The notes under the pieces were generated by a model. The model was not told the DNA's origin and ran no database searches. It saw only the letters and a list, made by a program, of their open reading frames with translations. From positions 19,732 to 83,731 of the forward strand of contig DASYQD010000039.1 of NCBI GenBank assembly GCA_036005845.1: a DNA stretch of 64,000 nucleotides, given 5' to 3'. This document shows positions 37,677-48,305 of this stretch, piece by piece. This DNA is from Thermoanaerobaculia bacterium. GTDB taxonomy: Bacteria; Acidobacteriota; Thermoanaerobaculia; Multivoradales; JAIOJS01. Numbering within the stretch: position 1 is the stretch's first letter; each line of letters starts with the position of its first letter. The translations under genes were made by a program, and so were the position numbers.

Positions 37677-39766
37677 AACTGCGCGTCGCCCAGCTCGCTC
37701 TCCGACACCGCCGCCCGCTCGTCGCCGAGGTTGTCGCCGTCGAGGCGGACCTCCCAGCGCGGGAAGCGGTAGCCGATGCCGGCGCCCCACTCGGTGTAGC
37801 TCGGCGCCAGCACGGTGTTGCGGCGGTTCAAGAAGCGGTCGCCCACCCACTCGACCGTCGCGTGGGCGTTGAAACCTTCCTTCGGCGCCCAGGTCAGGCC
37901 GCTGCTCCACAGCCGCTTCGGCGCCAGCTCGGGGCGGTTGCCCTTCAACTGCGTCGGCTCGCCAGGGTCGAAGAACTGCACGAAGTCCTCGAACTTCGGG
38001 TCGTGCCAGCCGGCCGCGCCCTGCCAGACGAGGTCGTCGAGCAGCTTCCAGCGCAGCTCCAGCTCGTAGCCCTTGAAGCGCTGCTTGCCGCCGTTGATGA
38101 GGCCGAGGTCCTGCGGCATCACCAGGTTCTCGAGGCGCATGTCGAACGCCGTGGCCTGCCAGAACAGGCGATCGGCGATCGTGCCCTTCAACCCCAGCTC
38201 GACGCTGTTGCTGGTCTCGGGCTCGAGGATGTCGGCCTCCGCCTCGGGTCCGAAATCGATCGCCGCCGGCTTGAAGCTGCGGCGGTAGTCGCCGAAGAGC
38301 CAGATGCCGTCGTTCGCGTCGCCGAAGAGCAGCCAGCTCGCGCCGAGGACGCCGCTCAATTTGTCGTTCGACTCGTCGCCCTTCCCGCCCTCCTCTTCCT
38401 CCTCTTCTCCCTCCTCGCCGTGCGCCTCGACGCCGCCCTCGAGCTCCTCCTTGGTGTGGTTGAGGCGAAGGCCGGCGATGAGGTCGAAGCGCGGATCGGG
38501 CTTCCAGTCGGCCTGCCCGTAGATGCCGAGGAAGTCGCGCTTGTCTTCGAGGTCGGTGCTCTCGTCGATGTGCAGCGAGTGGCTGTTGGGCGGGTCGCCG
38601 CCGTCGAGGTCGATCTCGTACTCGAAGTTGTCGCTGTTCTGCTCGCCCTTGCCGTAGAGCTCGTCGAGGCCGAGGATGAGCTGCAAGTTGCTGTCCGCGC
38701 CCCACGTCAAGTGGGTATCGAAGTAGAGGTCGGTGAACTCGGCGTCCTGGCGGAAGCCATCGGCCTCGACGTCGGGCTCGTCGCTGATGTCGTCGCGGCG
38801 GATGAAGCCGCGGGTGGTGTCGCGCTTGGTGTGGGTGACCGAGAGCGTCGTCGTCCAGTCGCCGCCCATCGCCGCACGGTCGAAGCCGCCGGTCAGGGCG
38901 AAGCGGTCCTGGTCGAGCTTGGCGTCACTGGGGTTGTGGTTGGCGTCGAGCGGGATGCGCGGGTCGAGGACGGTCACCGCGTTGCCGCGCGCGTGCGGGC
39001 TCGTCGGCACCTGGTCCTGCGTCAGCGCGTCGACGTCGAAGCGCCAGTTGCCGCCCCACAAGTCGCCGCCGGCGCGGTAGAGCGCGTGGCCCAGGTCGAC
39101 GCCGGCGCGGTCGTCGGCGAAACCCTGCGTCGAGCCTTCGACGGTGAGCGACTGGCGCACGCCGGCAGCGCTGCTGGGCCAGACCAACGTTGCCGTCGCG
39201 CCACCGCTGCTGTGGCTGCCGCCCCAGACGCGGCCGTAGCGCACGCCATCGCCGGCGCCGCGGTGGATGACCTGAATGACGCCGGAGAAGGCAGTGGCGC
39301 CGTAAGCAACCGGCGCGGCGCCGCGCAGCACCTCGATGCGCTCGACGTTCTCGAGCGAGATGGCGGTGACGGCCGGATTGAAGGCGCCGCCCCAAGGCAC
39401 GCCGTCGACGACGAGGAGAAAGGCGTCGATCTCGCGCAGGCCCCATAGCTCGGGCACGAAGCCGTTGGGACCGGCCTCGCCGCCGGGCGCCACGGTGACG
39501 CCGGCGAGCAGCGATAGCGCGCCGGCGAGGTCGGTGACGCCGCGCGCCTCGATCTCCTCGGCGGTGATGACGGTGACCTCGGCGGGGACCGACTCGACGG
39601 CTTCGGGCACGTGCGAGGTCGTCACCTCGACCTGGCTGGTGACGGTGCCGGCCGGCTGGTCGCCGGGCGGCTCTTGGGCGCCGGCGGCGAGAGAAAGTGC
39701 GACGCAGAGACTGAGACCTATGGGAACGGCGGTGGAGACTCTCGATCGAAAGACCATGATGTGCAT
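37625..39766 (-). CDS. TonB-dependent outer-membrane receptor
   Basis: Signal peptide. Plug-domain motifs (EVLRGAAPVAYGATAFSGVIQV). A 22-strand barrel-length body. C-terminal aromatic residue (...ASARF). Contains an unusual poly-Glu insert. Confidence 0.85.
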   Translation of the reverse strand: MHIMVFRSRVSTAVPIGLSLCVALSLAAGAQEPPGDQPAGTVTSQVEVTTSHVPEAVESVPAEVTVITAEEIEARGVTDLAGALSLLAGVTVAPGGEAGPNGFVPELWGLREIDAFLLVVDGVPWGGAFNPAVTAISLENVERIEVLRGAAPVAYGATAFSGVIQVIHRGAGDGVRYGRVWGGSHSSGGATATLVWPSSAAGVRQSLTVEGSTQGFADDRAGVDLGHALYRAGGDLWGGNWRFDVDALTQDQVPTSPHARGNAVTVLDPRIPLDANHNPSDAKLDQDRFALTGGFDRAAMGGDWTTTLSVTHTKRDTTRGFIRRDDISDEPDVEADGFRQDAEFTDLYFDTHLTWGADSNLQLILGLDELYGKGEQNSDNFEYEIDLDGGDPPNSHSLHIDESTDLEDKRDFLGIYGQADWKPDPRFDLIAGLRLNHTKEELEGGVEAHGEEGEEEEEEGGKGDESNDKLSGVLGASWLLFGDANDGIWLFGDYRRSFKPAAIDFGPEAEADILEPETSNSVELGLKGTIADRLFWQATAFDMRLENLVMPQDLGLINGGKQRFKGYELELRWKLLDDLVWQGAAGWHDPKFEDFVQFFDPGEPTQLKGNRPELAPKRLWSSGLTWAPKEGFNAHATVEWVGDRFLNRRNTVLAPSYTEWGAGIGYRFPRWEVRLDGDNLGDERAAVSESELGDAQFYRLPARTLRLTASARF

Positions 39767-39899
39767 GCTCCTGAATCAAGCTGCGAACGAATCGGCGTCG
39801 AGCAATGGCCGCCATGCGTTGCGGCGCTGCTCGGGCGGTGAACGGGCCGGATCGCGGGCGATCCGGGTTCGCTGCGGTGCGCGCGCCAGGCGCGCGGCG

Positions 39900-40694
39900 C
39901 TATTCGTTCTGCCGCTGGGTGAGGAGCAGGAGGTCGTCGCCGGGGCGCGGCGGCGGCAGCGACGGCGAGACGTCGGAGCGCCTCGCGGGCACTTCTTCGG
40001 AAGCTTCGGCGCGCGAGGGCGTCGCGAGGCGTGGAGCTTCGCGCGAGCTCGCGAGGTCCGTGGCGCGCGGCGATTCGGGTAGCGCCTGCGCCGGCGCGAA
40101 CGTCGCGAGGCCGGAGCCGACGACGTGGCGGACGGCCGTGCCGCGCCGCGAGCCCTCGACCCAGGCGACGACGCCGCGCTGCCCCGGCAGCGCCGGCTCC
40201 CCCGCCACGCGCGGCGACCGGCGCGCGAGCGAGAACGCCTCGTCGCCCAACGGCGCGGCAACGGCGGGCGCCGCGACGACGAACCGCTGCGGCAGGGCAA
40301 CGGCAACTTCGCGGTGTTCGTCGCCGAAGCGGAAGAGCAATCGCGCCTCGGCGCTCGGAACGGCGGGCACGCGCCAACGGAAGCGGCGCACGTCCTGGTC
40401 GAGGTGCGGCGTCAGGCGGAACGGATAGGTCGCGCCGCCGTCGAGGCTGAGGAAGGCTTCCCACTCCTCCACTTGGCCGAGCGCCGCGAAGGGATCGACC
40501 GGCTCCCAGGCGATCTCCGTCTCGCCGCCCGCGACGAGCGGGATGTCGGCGGCGGGTGCGAGGAGGCGAATCGCCGGCGGCGCCTGCGCGCCGGCTCGCA
40601 GCGCGCACGCGGCCAGCGCGATCCAGCCGCAAGCCGCGAGGCGAAGGGGGCGCCGGCTGACCATGCTCGACCGCAGCCTATACCGAGGAGGCAC
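39900..40694 (-). CDS. Hypothetical secreted protein upstream of the TonB-dependent receptor
   Basis: Signal-like N-terminus (LRLAACGWIALAACALRAGAQA), coding GC3. No recognised domain. Confidence 0.45.
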   Translation of the reverse strand: MPPRYRLRSSMVSRRPLRLAACGWIALAACALRAGAQAPPAIRLLAPAADIPLVAGGETEIAWEPVDPFAALGQVEEWEAFLSLDGGATYPFRLTPHLDQDVRRFRWRVPAVPSAEARLLFRFGDEHREVAVALPQRFVVAAPAVAAPLGDEAFSLARRSPRVAGEPALPGQRGVVAWVEGSRRGTAVRHVVGSGLATFAPAQALPESPRATDLASSREAPRLATPSRAEASEEVPARRSDVSPSLPPPRPGDDLLLLTQRQNE

Positions 40695-40784
40695 GCCCCG
40701 GCCTCGCGCCGCCCGGGAACGGCGTGGTCCGCTGCGACCGATCAGCTGGATCGGTCGGCCTCTGGGCCGCGTCCTCGTCCGCCG

Positions 40785-41138
40785 TCAGCGCCGCTTCGAG
40801 GCCAGCTCGGCGCAGCGCTGGCAGCTCAACCCGTCGCTCATGAAGGGCAGGAAGGGGAATAGCCGCACGTGGCAGCGCAGGCCGCAGAGAGAGAGCGCCA
40901 GGTCGTGGGCCTGCACGGCGGTCGCCTCGGCGGGGTCCGCCTTCGCGGGCAGCCTCAGCTCGACGGCGTGACGCCGCGGCGACGTTCCCGCCCAACCCCA
41001 GCACAATGTCGCGGTCACGGCGCGCACTCTATCACCGCGCTCCTTCGCCGACCGCGCCGCACGCGCCGGCCGTGACCGCTGCCGCGCCCGCGCCGGACGT
41101 TCGGCACGGGCGCCGGGTCGCTTGACCGGCGTCGTCAC
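40785..41138 (-). CDS. Possible small Arg-rich / Cys-containing protein (very tentative)
   Basis: GTG start overlaps the amidohydrolase stop (GTGA). C-terminal Cys pairs (LCGLRCH...LSCQRC). The N-terminal half is Arg/Ala low complexity and may be non-coding. Confidence 0.25.
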   Translation of the reverse strand: MTTPVKRPGARAERPARARQRSRPARAARSAKERGDRVRAVTATLCWGWAGTSPRRHAVELRLPAKADPAEATAVQAHDLALSLCGLRCHVRLFPFLPFMSDGLSCQRCAELASKRR

Positions 41139-42397
41139 CGCTTCACCACCCGGCCGGCGCGCATGACGAACACCACGTGCTCGAGCGCGCCGATGTCCTG
41201 CAGCGGGTCGCCGGCGACGGCGATGAGGTCCGCTTCGTAGCCCGGCGCCACGGTGCCGATGCGGTCGCCGAGCCCTAGCGACTCCGCCGCCAGCGAGGTG
41301 GCAGAGGTGATCGCCGCCATCGGCTCCTGGCCGCCGGTCTTGACGCGATACTCCAGCTCCTGGAAGTTGCGGCCGTGCGAGCCGGCGAGCGCGTCGGTGC
41401 CGAAGACGATCTTGAGCCCCGGCGTCTTGAGCGCCTTCTTGAAGACGTCGAGCACGCGGACGACCGCCGCGTGCATGGCCGCGAAGCCTGCCTCCGTGTA
41501 GCTGCCGATGCCGAGGAAGTGCGACTGGTTCTCGAAGTAGTTGCGGAAGACGAGGTCGGTGTTGGGGTCGAAGTAGGTGCCGTGCGCCGCCATCAGGTCG
41601 AGCGTCGCCTGGTCGATGAGCGCGCCGTGCTCGACCGAGTTGGCGCCGGCCTTCACCGCGCGCGCCACGCTCTCCGGCCCATGCGCGTGCACCGCCACCC
41701 GCAGGCCGCGCTTCTTCGCCTCGGCGCAGATGGCGTCCATCTGCGCCTGCGACATCGTCGGGCCGCCGCCGGTGCGGATGCTCTCGGAGGCAAAGACCTT
41801 GATGACGTCGGCGCCGTCGTCGGCCGCCTTGTCGACCTGCCCGCGCAGCACCTCGACGGGCAGCTTCTCGTCCGAGAGCGGCTCGATGGCGGTGAGGATG
41901 CGCGGCCCGGGCAGGATGCCGCGCGCGATGGCGTCGCGCAGCGGCTTGTCGATCGGCGCGCCGAGCGACTGCACGGTGGTGATGCCGCCCATCAGCGTGC
42001 GGTAGGCGTTCTCCGCCGCATAGAGCGCGCTCTCGGCCTCGCTCTCGTGGCGGTCGGTCTCGTCGTCGTGCGAGCGGCCCGGTTGGCCGGTTACCGGATC
42101 GGTGTCGAAGTGCCAGCCGATGTGGACGTGGGTGTCGATGCCGCCCGGCATCACCGTGGCGTCGGCCAGCACGATGTCGACGCGCCGCCCGTGCTGCTCG
42201 GGGTGCTCGTCGATCGCGACGATCTTGCCGTTGTCGACGACGACCGCCGCGCCCTGCAGCACGTGCCCGCGGCCGTCGATCAGCCGCGGCGCGCGGATGA
42301 CGAGCGGCTCGGCGAGCGCCGCCATTCCTGCGACGAGCGACGCCGCGCTAACGACCAGCGCGGCGAGCCAGCCGTGGCTCAGTTGGCGCCGCTCCAC
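41135..42397 (-). CDS. Amidohydrolase-family protein (metal-dependent hydrolase, secreted)
   Basis: Signal peptide. Metal-binding GIDTHVHIGWHF and later His/Asp motifs (VAVHAHGP, VFGTDALAG). 420 aa. Confidence 0.8.
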   Translation of the reverse strand: MERRQLSHGWLAALVVSAASLVAGMAALAEPLVIRAPRLIDGRGHVLQGAAVVVDNGKIVAIDEHPEQHGRRVDIVLADATVMPGGIDTHVHIGWHFDTDPVTGQPGRSHDDETDRHESEAESALYAAENAYRTLMGGITTVQSLGAPIDKPLRDAIARGILPGPRILTAIEPLSDEKLPVEVLRGQVDKAADDGADVIKVFASESIRTGGGPTMSQAQMDAICAEAKKRGLRVAVHAHGPESVARAVKAGANSVEHGALIDQATLDLMAAHGTYFDPNTDLVFRNYFENQSHFLGIGSYTEAGFAAMHAAVVRVLDVFKKALKTPGLKIVFGTDALAGSHGRNFQELEYRVKTGGQEPMAAITSATSLAAESLGLGDRIGTVAPGYEADLIAVAGDPLQDIGALEHVVFVMRAGRVVKR

Positions 42398-43866
42398 GCG
42401 CCCGTGGACCCGGCTTCGAAGCCGTTGTTAAACAGAGTGTTGAACCCGTCGAAGGTGACCGAGTCCGGCGTGCCCGGCTTGAATAACCCGACCGTGTGCA
42501 TGGCGTTGCCGGAGCCGCTGAACGGCGGCTGGTCGGCGTCGAACCAGAAGTTGTACATGGTGGTGAAGCGCAGCGCGTTGGCGTTGGCGTTATCAGTGAA
42601 GATATCGGTGAACCACGAGACGTCAGTGCCGGTCGTGGAGACCGACCAGTCGGTGGTGGCGTAGGGCTCGCCCGAGTGGTGCTCGGCGTCCTTGAAGCCG
42701 ATGCCGCTGAAGGTGGTCGCTACCGGGAACGTCACCGTGAAGGCGCGGGCGCTGCGTTCGGAGTTGTGATTGCGCACCGCGTACTCGTAGTGCCAGAAGC
42801 CGCCGCCGAGATCGGTGACCTTGCGCGCCACCTGGTAGCGCTCGACGGGCGAGGACCCCGGCACGTCGACGGTGACGACGGTCACCGTCGGGTCCTGCGC
42901 CGGCCAGGCGTAGATCGCCGACTTCTGCTCGAAGAACGAGCCCGTCCTGGTCAGCGGAAACGACGGGCTGGCGCCCACCGTGACGCGCTGGTACGAGGCG
43001 TTGTTGAGGCCGTTGCCGCCCATCGCGTCGTCGCCCGCAATGTACTGCGCCTCGGCGAAGTACTTGGTGGCCGCGCCGGCGCTGGTGCTGCCGGCGTCGG
43101 GGTTCACCGTCGGGTCGACGTCGGTCGTCGCCACCTTGAGGCGCCCTTCCCACACCGTGGTCGACCCCGGCGTCGAGTGCGGGATGACGAGCGCGCCGGT
43201 GGTGGCGTTCACCTCTTGGTGGGGGCCCAGCCGCGTGCGGCTACCGTTGAGACTCGCGCTGTAGGGATCGGTGCAGCCGATGCCGAGCTGGTTGCCGTTA
43301 AAAGGCGGCGATTGACAACCGCCGCCCGAGGAGCCCGTGCATCCACCGGAGCTCTGGTTCAGCGACGTGAAGCCGTGCTTCAGCCAGCTCATGCCGATCT
43401 GTTCGAGGCGGCCGTCCTTGAGCCGATAGAGGTTCTGGCCGATCGCCGGGTGATTGGCGCTGGTCGCACCCGGGGCACAGCCACTCGACTGGGCGCACCA
43501 GTTCAGCGGCGTATCGCCGCGGTTGCATGAGACGGTGCCGACCGAATAGCCGACGAAGCCGTTCGACTGCCCCCACGGCCAAACCCCGTCGTCGAAGCCG
43601 AAGACGACGACGTCGGGACCGACGGCCTGGGCTGCGACCGACTTGTCATGGAGAGCAGGCACGACCGCGGCGGCTTCGTCGTCCTTCCCCTGCGCGAAGC
43701 CGCCGGCGGCGAAGAGGCCCGCGCCGAGGACGACGACGCCGGTGGCGACGATGAGCGCACGGCGGGCCGGGAACGAACGGCTGCGGGTCGTCATCCGAAG
43801 GACCTCCTCGTCGGTGAGCGGGCGCACGCTATTGCAAATCGCCCGTATTGCCAAACCGGCCGCCAC
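42379..43866 (-). CDS. Secreted hypothetical protein (Gly/Ser/Thr/Asn-rich)
   Basis: Arg-rich n-region plus hydrophobic signal (RRALIVATGVVVLGAGLFAAGGFA). Strong coding bias. No recognised catalytic motif. Confidence 0.6.
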   Translation of the reverse strand: MAAGLAIRAICNSVRPLTDEEVLRMTTRSRSFPARRALIVATGVVVLGAGLFAAGGFAQGKDDEAAAVVPALHDKSVAAQAVGPDVVVFGFDDGVWPWGQSNGFVGYSVGTVSCNRGDTPLNWCAQSSGCAPGATSANHPAIGQNLYRLKDGRLEQIGMSWLKHGFTSLNQSSGGCTGSSGGGCQSPPFNGNQLGIGCTDPYSASLNGSRTRLGPHQEVNATTGALVIPHSTPGSTTVWEGRLKVATTDVDPTVNPDAGSTSAGAATKYFAEAQYIAGDDAMGGNGLNNASYQRVTVGASPSFPLTRTGSFFEQKSAIYAWPAQDPTVTVVTVDVPGSSPVERYQVARKVTDLGGGFWHYEYAVRNHNSERSARAFTVTFPVATTFSGIGFKDAEHHSGEPYATTDWSVSTTGTDVSWFTDIFTDNANANALRFTTMYNFWFDADQPPFSGSGNAMHTVGLFKPGTPDSVTFDGFNTLFNNGFEAGSTGAWSGAN

Positions 43867-43971
43867 GGCCAGTGGGGGCTAACGATTGGCAACAGGTTTG
43901 CTGAGGCGGCGTCGTGGTGAAGCAGGTCACAACCACCATGTAAACGCATCACATCAACGGGGGTCCTCATC

Positions 43972-46407
43972 ATGCGCGTCCCACTGGGTCGCCGCCAGGC
44001 GCGCCTGGCACTCGCTTACGCAGTCGTCATCGCACTCACGTCGTTCAGCGCCCATGCCGCACAACTCGCTTACCTCGGTCCGGTCGACGAACACGGCACC
44101 GGGCTGGGCAACGTGGCGACGGTGCTCACCATCGACAACCACGGCGTGGAATCCGGATGCGTCTCGTGGAACGGCAGCTCCGACATCATGGGACCGGGCG
44201 CCCCGGCCTGCCCCGGCGGGATCGCCGGCGGCGACGAGAAGACCGGCGCTTCGCAGACGCTGACCCGCCGGCTCGGCGAGGTCGGCAACCCCACCGCCGA
44301 CACCCTCCGCGTCATCTTCAACGCCAACGAGCCGGGCGCGGACCGCTCCTTGCGCCTGGAGGCGCTGGTGCTGCGCGTCCTCTCGCCGGCCGGCGGCGTG
44401 CTGCTCGAGGCGGCTCTGCCGGCAGGAATGGACATCGAGGCGACCGACTCCGGCGTCGGCAGCGCCGGTTGGGCGTTTGGGCTCGAGGGCGCGGGCGGGG
44501 ATGCGGCTGCTTTCTCCAACGGCGACAACCGCATCGGCCTCGCCGCCACCGTCAGCGGCGCCGATGGCGGCTTCGAGACCTTCTACATCGCTCAGGGCGA
44601 GACGACCCCCGGCAACGGAGGCGGCGGCGGTGGCCAGCCGACCGACCTCGAGGTCGTCGCCTCGGCCGCGGCCGACTGCGCGCAGGCGCAGTTCACCGGG
44701 ACTGTGCGCAATACCAGCAACGTGACCGCCGCGGGCGTCGTCTTGCAATTCCTGCCACCGGAACATTCCACCTTGCTCTCGGCCTCCTCCACCGTCGGCA
44801 GCTGCACGACCGGCGCGGTGGTGAGCTGCCAGCTCGGCGATCTCACGCCCGGCGCCAGTGCCACGCTCACCGTAACGGTGCGCGTCGGGGACGGAACGGC
44901 CACCAGCGCCACCGGTGAGTTCACGGTGACGACGACCACGCCGGAGACCGACCGCGCCGACGACCAGGCTTCGGCCACCGTCGAGGTCGACGTCGACTGC
45001 GACCACATCTTCGCCGGCGACAACTGTCCGCTGGTCTACAACCCCGACCAGCACGACTCCGACGGCGACGGCATCGGCGACGCCTGCGAGGACGACGAGG
45101 ACTTCGACTTCGTACCCGACGCCGGCGACAACTGCCCGCGCGTCGCCAACGGTGACCAGGCCGATTCCGATCACGACGGCATCGGCGATGCCTGCGACAA
45201 CTGCCCCAACGCCAGCAACCCGGGCCAGTTCGACACCGACCGCGACGGCATCGGCGACGCCTGCGAAGCAGACCTGTCGGCGGGCTCGTGCCCCGATGGC
45301 GGCGACTGCCGGATCTCCGCCCGGCCGGCGGCGACCCTGCTGCTGCCCTGGTTCGGTGTCGACCTCGACGACGTCGACGGCTTCACCACCCTGCTGTCGA
45401 TCACCAATGCGGATTCCCGCGCCCACTTGGTGAGCGTCACCCTGTGGACCGATTGGGCGATCCCGACCACGACCTTCGACCTCTACCTCACCGGCTTCGA
45501 CGTGCAGACGCTCAATCTGCGCTCGCTCTTCCGCGGCGGCGCGCTGCCGGCGACCGGCGTCGCGGTGAGCCCCGTCGGCGCACTCTCGGCGGGCGGCGAG
45601 ACCTTCCCCGGCTGCGCGCCGGCGATCGCGCCGGTCGAGGTGCCGGCCCGCACCCTGGTGCGCGCGCACACCGGCCTCAACGTCGGCGACAAGTGCCTCG
45701 CCAGCGCGCGCCGCGGCAACATGGCGACGGGCTACGTGACAGTCGACGTCGTCAACGCCTGCTCGACGCTCAATCCGTCGTCGAACGGCTACTTCGTCGA
45801 CGGCGGCCGCGGCATCGCCAGCAACGACAACGTCCTGCTCGGCGAGTACAGCTACGTCGACGGCACCCGCGGCATCGCGCAGGGCGAGCAGGCGGTGCAC
45901 ATCGTCGCCGACCAGGCGGCGTACGGCACCGGCTACACCTTCTACGGCCGCTACGTCGGCGGCACTGCCAGCGACAACCGGCAACCGCTGGGCACCCGTT
46001 TTGCGGCCAGCTACGCGCAGAACCCGAGCCGGGGCATCAAGACCATCTACACCGTCTGGCGCGACACCAAGAGCCCGTCGGTGGCGGCGGTCGCCTGCGG
46101 CTCGCTGCCGGCTTGGGCACCGCTCTCCGCCGGCGCGCAGATCGCGTGGGACGAAGAGGAAGGCGTCACCACCGTGCCGGCTTCGTCGAAGCGCTACCCC
46201 TTCGCCACTCAGGCCGTCGAGGTCGGCAGCGGCGAGCTGTCCTTCCCCGAGAGCTTCGGCTGGACCATCTTCGACCTCGGCCACCGCTCCACGGATTTGT
46301 TCGGCTCCCTCTCGCAGGCATGGGTCACCGTGCTCAAGAGCGGCCGGCCGGCGATGGGCACGGCGGTGGATGCGTGGATGCTCGAGAGCGTCTGTACGGC
46401 GAAGTGA
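43972..46407 (+). CDS. Secreted protein with DUF11-like repeats and thrombospondin type-3 (Ca-binding) repeats
   Basis: Signal peptide. Central [26 protein letters not shown] / [47 protein letters not shown] are TSP3 repeats. A large C-terminal domain follows. Confidence 0.75.
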   Translation: MRVPLGRRQARLALAYAVVIALTSFSAHAAQLAYLGPVDEHGTGLGNVATVLTIDNHGVESGCVSWNGSSDIMGPGAPACPGGIAGGDEKTGASQTLTRRLGEVGNPTADTLRVIFNANEPGADRSLRLEALVLRVLSPAGGVLLEAALPAGMDIEATDSGVGSAGWAFGLEGAGGDAAAFSNGDNRIGLAATVSGADGGFETFYIAQGETTPGNGGGGGGQPTDLEVVASAAADCAQAQFTGTVRNTSNVTAAGVVLQFLPPEHSTLLSASSTVGSCTTGAVVSCQLGDLTPGASATLTVTVRVGDGTATSATGEFTVTTTTPETDRADDQASATVEVDVDCDHIFAGDNCPLVYNPDQHDSDGDGIGDACEDDEDFDFVPDAGDNCPRVANGDQADSDHDGIGDACDNCPNASNPGQFDTDRDGIGDACEADLSAGSCPDGGDCRISARPAATLLLPWFGVDLDDVDGFTTLLSITNADSRAHLVSVTLWTDWAIPTTTFDLYLTGFDVQTLNLRSLFRGGALPATGVAVSPVGALSAGGETFPGCAPAIAPVEVPARTLVRAHTGLNVGDKCLASARRGNMATGYVTVDVVNACSTLNPSSNGYFVDGGRGIASNDNVLLGEYSYVDGTRGIAQGEQAVHIVADQAAYGTGYTFYGRYVGGTASDNRQPLGTRFAASYAQNPSRGIKTIYTVWRDTKSPSVAAVACGSLPAWAPLSAGAQIAWDEEEGVTTVPASSKRYPFATQAVEVGSGELSFPESFGWTIFDLGHRSTDLFGSLSQAWVTVLKSGRPAMGTAVDAWMLESVCTAK

Positions 46408-46461
46408 CGGCGGCGTGAGAACGTGCGCCGGCTCGGCATCGCCCGAGCCGGCGCACGCTCG

Positions 46462-47682
46462 TCAGGGCGAAACGGGCCGATAGCGGACGGGAAGCCGGAG
46501 CGGTCCGTAAACGCCCTCGGTGGGCGGCAACCACTCGCCGGGATCGGCCGCCGTCGGCTCGCGCAGCCGGCGCGCCAGCAGCGGCAGCGCCTCCTGCAGC
46601 TCGGCGCGAGCCAGGGCCGCGCCGAGGCAGTAGTGGATGCCCCCGCCATAAGTCAGGGGAGGCGAGGCCCGCGGACGCGAGATGTCGAGGACGTCGGCAT
46701 CCTCGAACACCGCGGCATCCCGATTGGCCGAGCCGGTGATCGGCACCAGCAACGCACCGGCCGAAAACGGCACGCCGCCAATCTCCACGTCGGTCTTGAC
46801 CAATCGCGGCACTCCCAGGAGCACCGACGGGCAATAGCGGACCACCTCGTCCGCAGCCTGCGCCGCGAGCGTCGGCTCGTCGGCCAGCAGACGCCACTGT
46901 CGAGGATGCTCCATGAAGGCGGCGAACGCCTGCCCAAGCTGGTGCTGCACCGTTCCCTGCCCCGCCGAGATCAGGGTGATGACCATCGAGCGCAGCTCGG
47001 CGTCGGTGAGCAGCTCGCCGGCCTCCTCGGCGGCGATCAGGGCGCTCAGCAGATCGTCGCGCGGCGCCTGCCGCCGCTTGACCAGCAGCTCATCGAGGAA
47101 CCCGTGCAGATTCTTCAGCGCGGCCTCGATGCGGCCGCTGTGCTCCTCGACGCTCAACCCGAACAGCAAGCCGACGTCCGCGGTCCAGGCCCGGACCTCG
47201 GCCTGCACGCCCTCGGGGATGCCGACGAACTCGCAGAGCACTCGCAGCGCGAAGGGGTCGGCGAAGCCGGCGACGAAGTCGCATTCGTCGACTTTCGCCA
47301 TCGCCGCGACCAGCTCCTCGGCGATGCCGCGAATGGTCGACCGGAAATCCTCGACCCGCCGCAGCGTGAATGCCTTGCTGACCAGGCGTCGCACCCGCTG
47401 GTGCGGCTCGCCGTCGGTGTTGAGCAGGAACCCGCGCATGGTGTCCACCAGCAGGCCCTCGGTGATCCCCTGCATGGTGAGGAAGTCCACGCCGGGAGTG
47501 CGCAGCTGAGGCATCGACAACAGCGCCCGCACCTCTTGGTAGCGCAGCACCGCCGTGCCGATCGGCGTCGCCGCGAGCCAGCTCTGCTCCCTGATCCGCC
47601 GCAGCACGGCGTGCGGGTCGGCGCGGAACTCCTCACCGTAGAGGTCGAGGAAAGGAGTGCTGGCGGCTTCGGGGGGCGGCAT
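46462..47682 (-). CDS. Cytochrome P450
   Basis: Heme-binding loop FGGGIHYCLGAALAR. EXXR (EVVRYCP). I-helix region (AGQGT). ATG at 47682 gives a 406-aa protein. Confidence 0.85.
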   Translation of the reverse strand: MPPPEAASTPFLDLYGEEFRADPHAVLRRIREQSWLAATPIGTAVLRYQEVRALLSMPQLRTPGVDFLTMQGITEGLLVDTMRGFLLNTDGEPHQRVRRLVSKAFTLRRVEDFRSTIRGIAEELVAAMAKVDECDFVAGFADPFALRVLCEFVGIPEGVQAEVRAWTADVGLLFGLSVEEHSGRIEAALKNLHGFLDELLVKRRQAPRDDLLSALIAAEEAGELLTDAELRSMVITLISAGQGTVQHQLGQAFAAFMEHPRQWRLLADEPTLAAQAADEVVRYCPSVLLGVPRLVKTDVEIGGVPFSAGALLVPITGSANRDAAVFEDADVLDISRPRASPPLTYGGGIHYCLGAALARAELQEALPLLARRLREPTAADPGEWLPPTEGVYGPLRLPVRYRPVSP

Positions 47683-47811
47683 GGCAGGTGCCGATGGCCG
47701 CCGACAACCTAACACCATCGGGCCAACCTTGGTTCGACCACAACCGGCAATGCGCACGAGCAGCGCATACCGAACCCGCCACGGTTTGGCGCCGCCCGCA
47801 CGTGGCCGTGG

Positions 47812-48305
47812 TCAGGGCTGTTCGACTTGGCGAATCACTTCCGTCAGCAGGCTGGGGCGCACGTGTAGCGTGGACCTCCGCGGGAGCTCATGTAACAGAC
47901 TCACCACTTCCGCGCGCGTTCGCAGACTACGCCGGATCGCGCGCACGAGGACTCCGATCGTACCCTGCGCGCGAATCCCGAGCCCGCGAGCGGCGAGACG
48001 GGCTGCCGAGTCATCGGTCAAGAGCAACGAGCTGGGGCGATCCACGCAAAGGGACAATGCCGCCTGTTCGCCGCGGTCGAGAGCAAGGGCTGTCGCCAGA
48101 GCTGCGAAGCCGGCGTGGTCGAGATCGAGACTCGACGCGCTCGAAGTCTTGGATCCCGATCGAGAGCAGATGGCCGATGGCGTTCGACCTCTCGCCAGAC
48201 CTGCTCCGGGACCAGTACCTGGGGAAAGTCGCCGAGCAGATCGAGGCAACCAAGCTCGTCCAGGTGAATCAGAGGGCCTGCGTCGCAGACGACCTCGGCG
48301 GCTTC
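47812..48305 (-). pseudogene. DUF3368 (PIN-like) toxin-type gene, apparently frameshifted
   Basis: The N-terminal half (VVCDAGPLIHLDELGCLDLLGDFPQVLVPEQVWREV) is in the antitoxin's reading frame immediately after its stop. The C-terminal half (LDRGEQAALSLCVDRPSSLLLTDDSAARLAARGLGIRAQGTIGVL) is in a different frame, the 145-aa ORF. The frame switch lies around 48120-48190. Confidence 0.5.
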
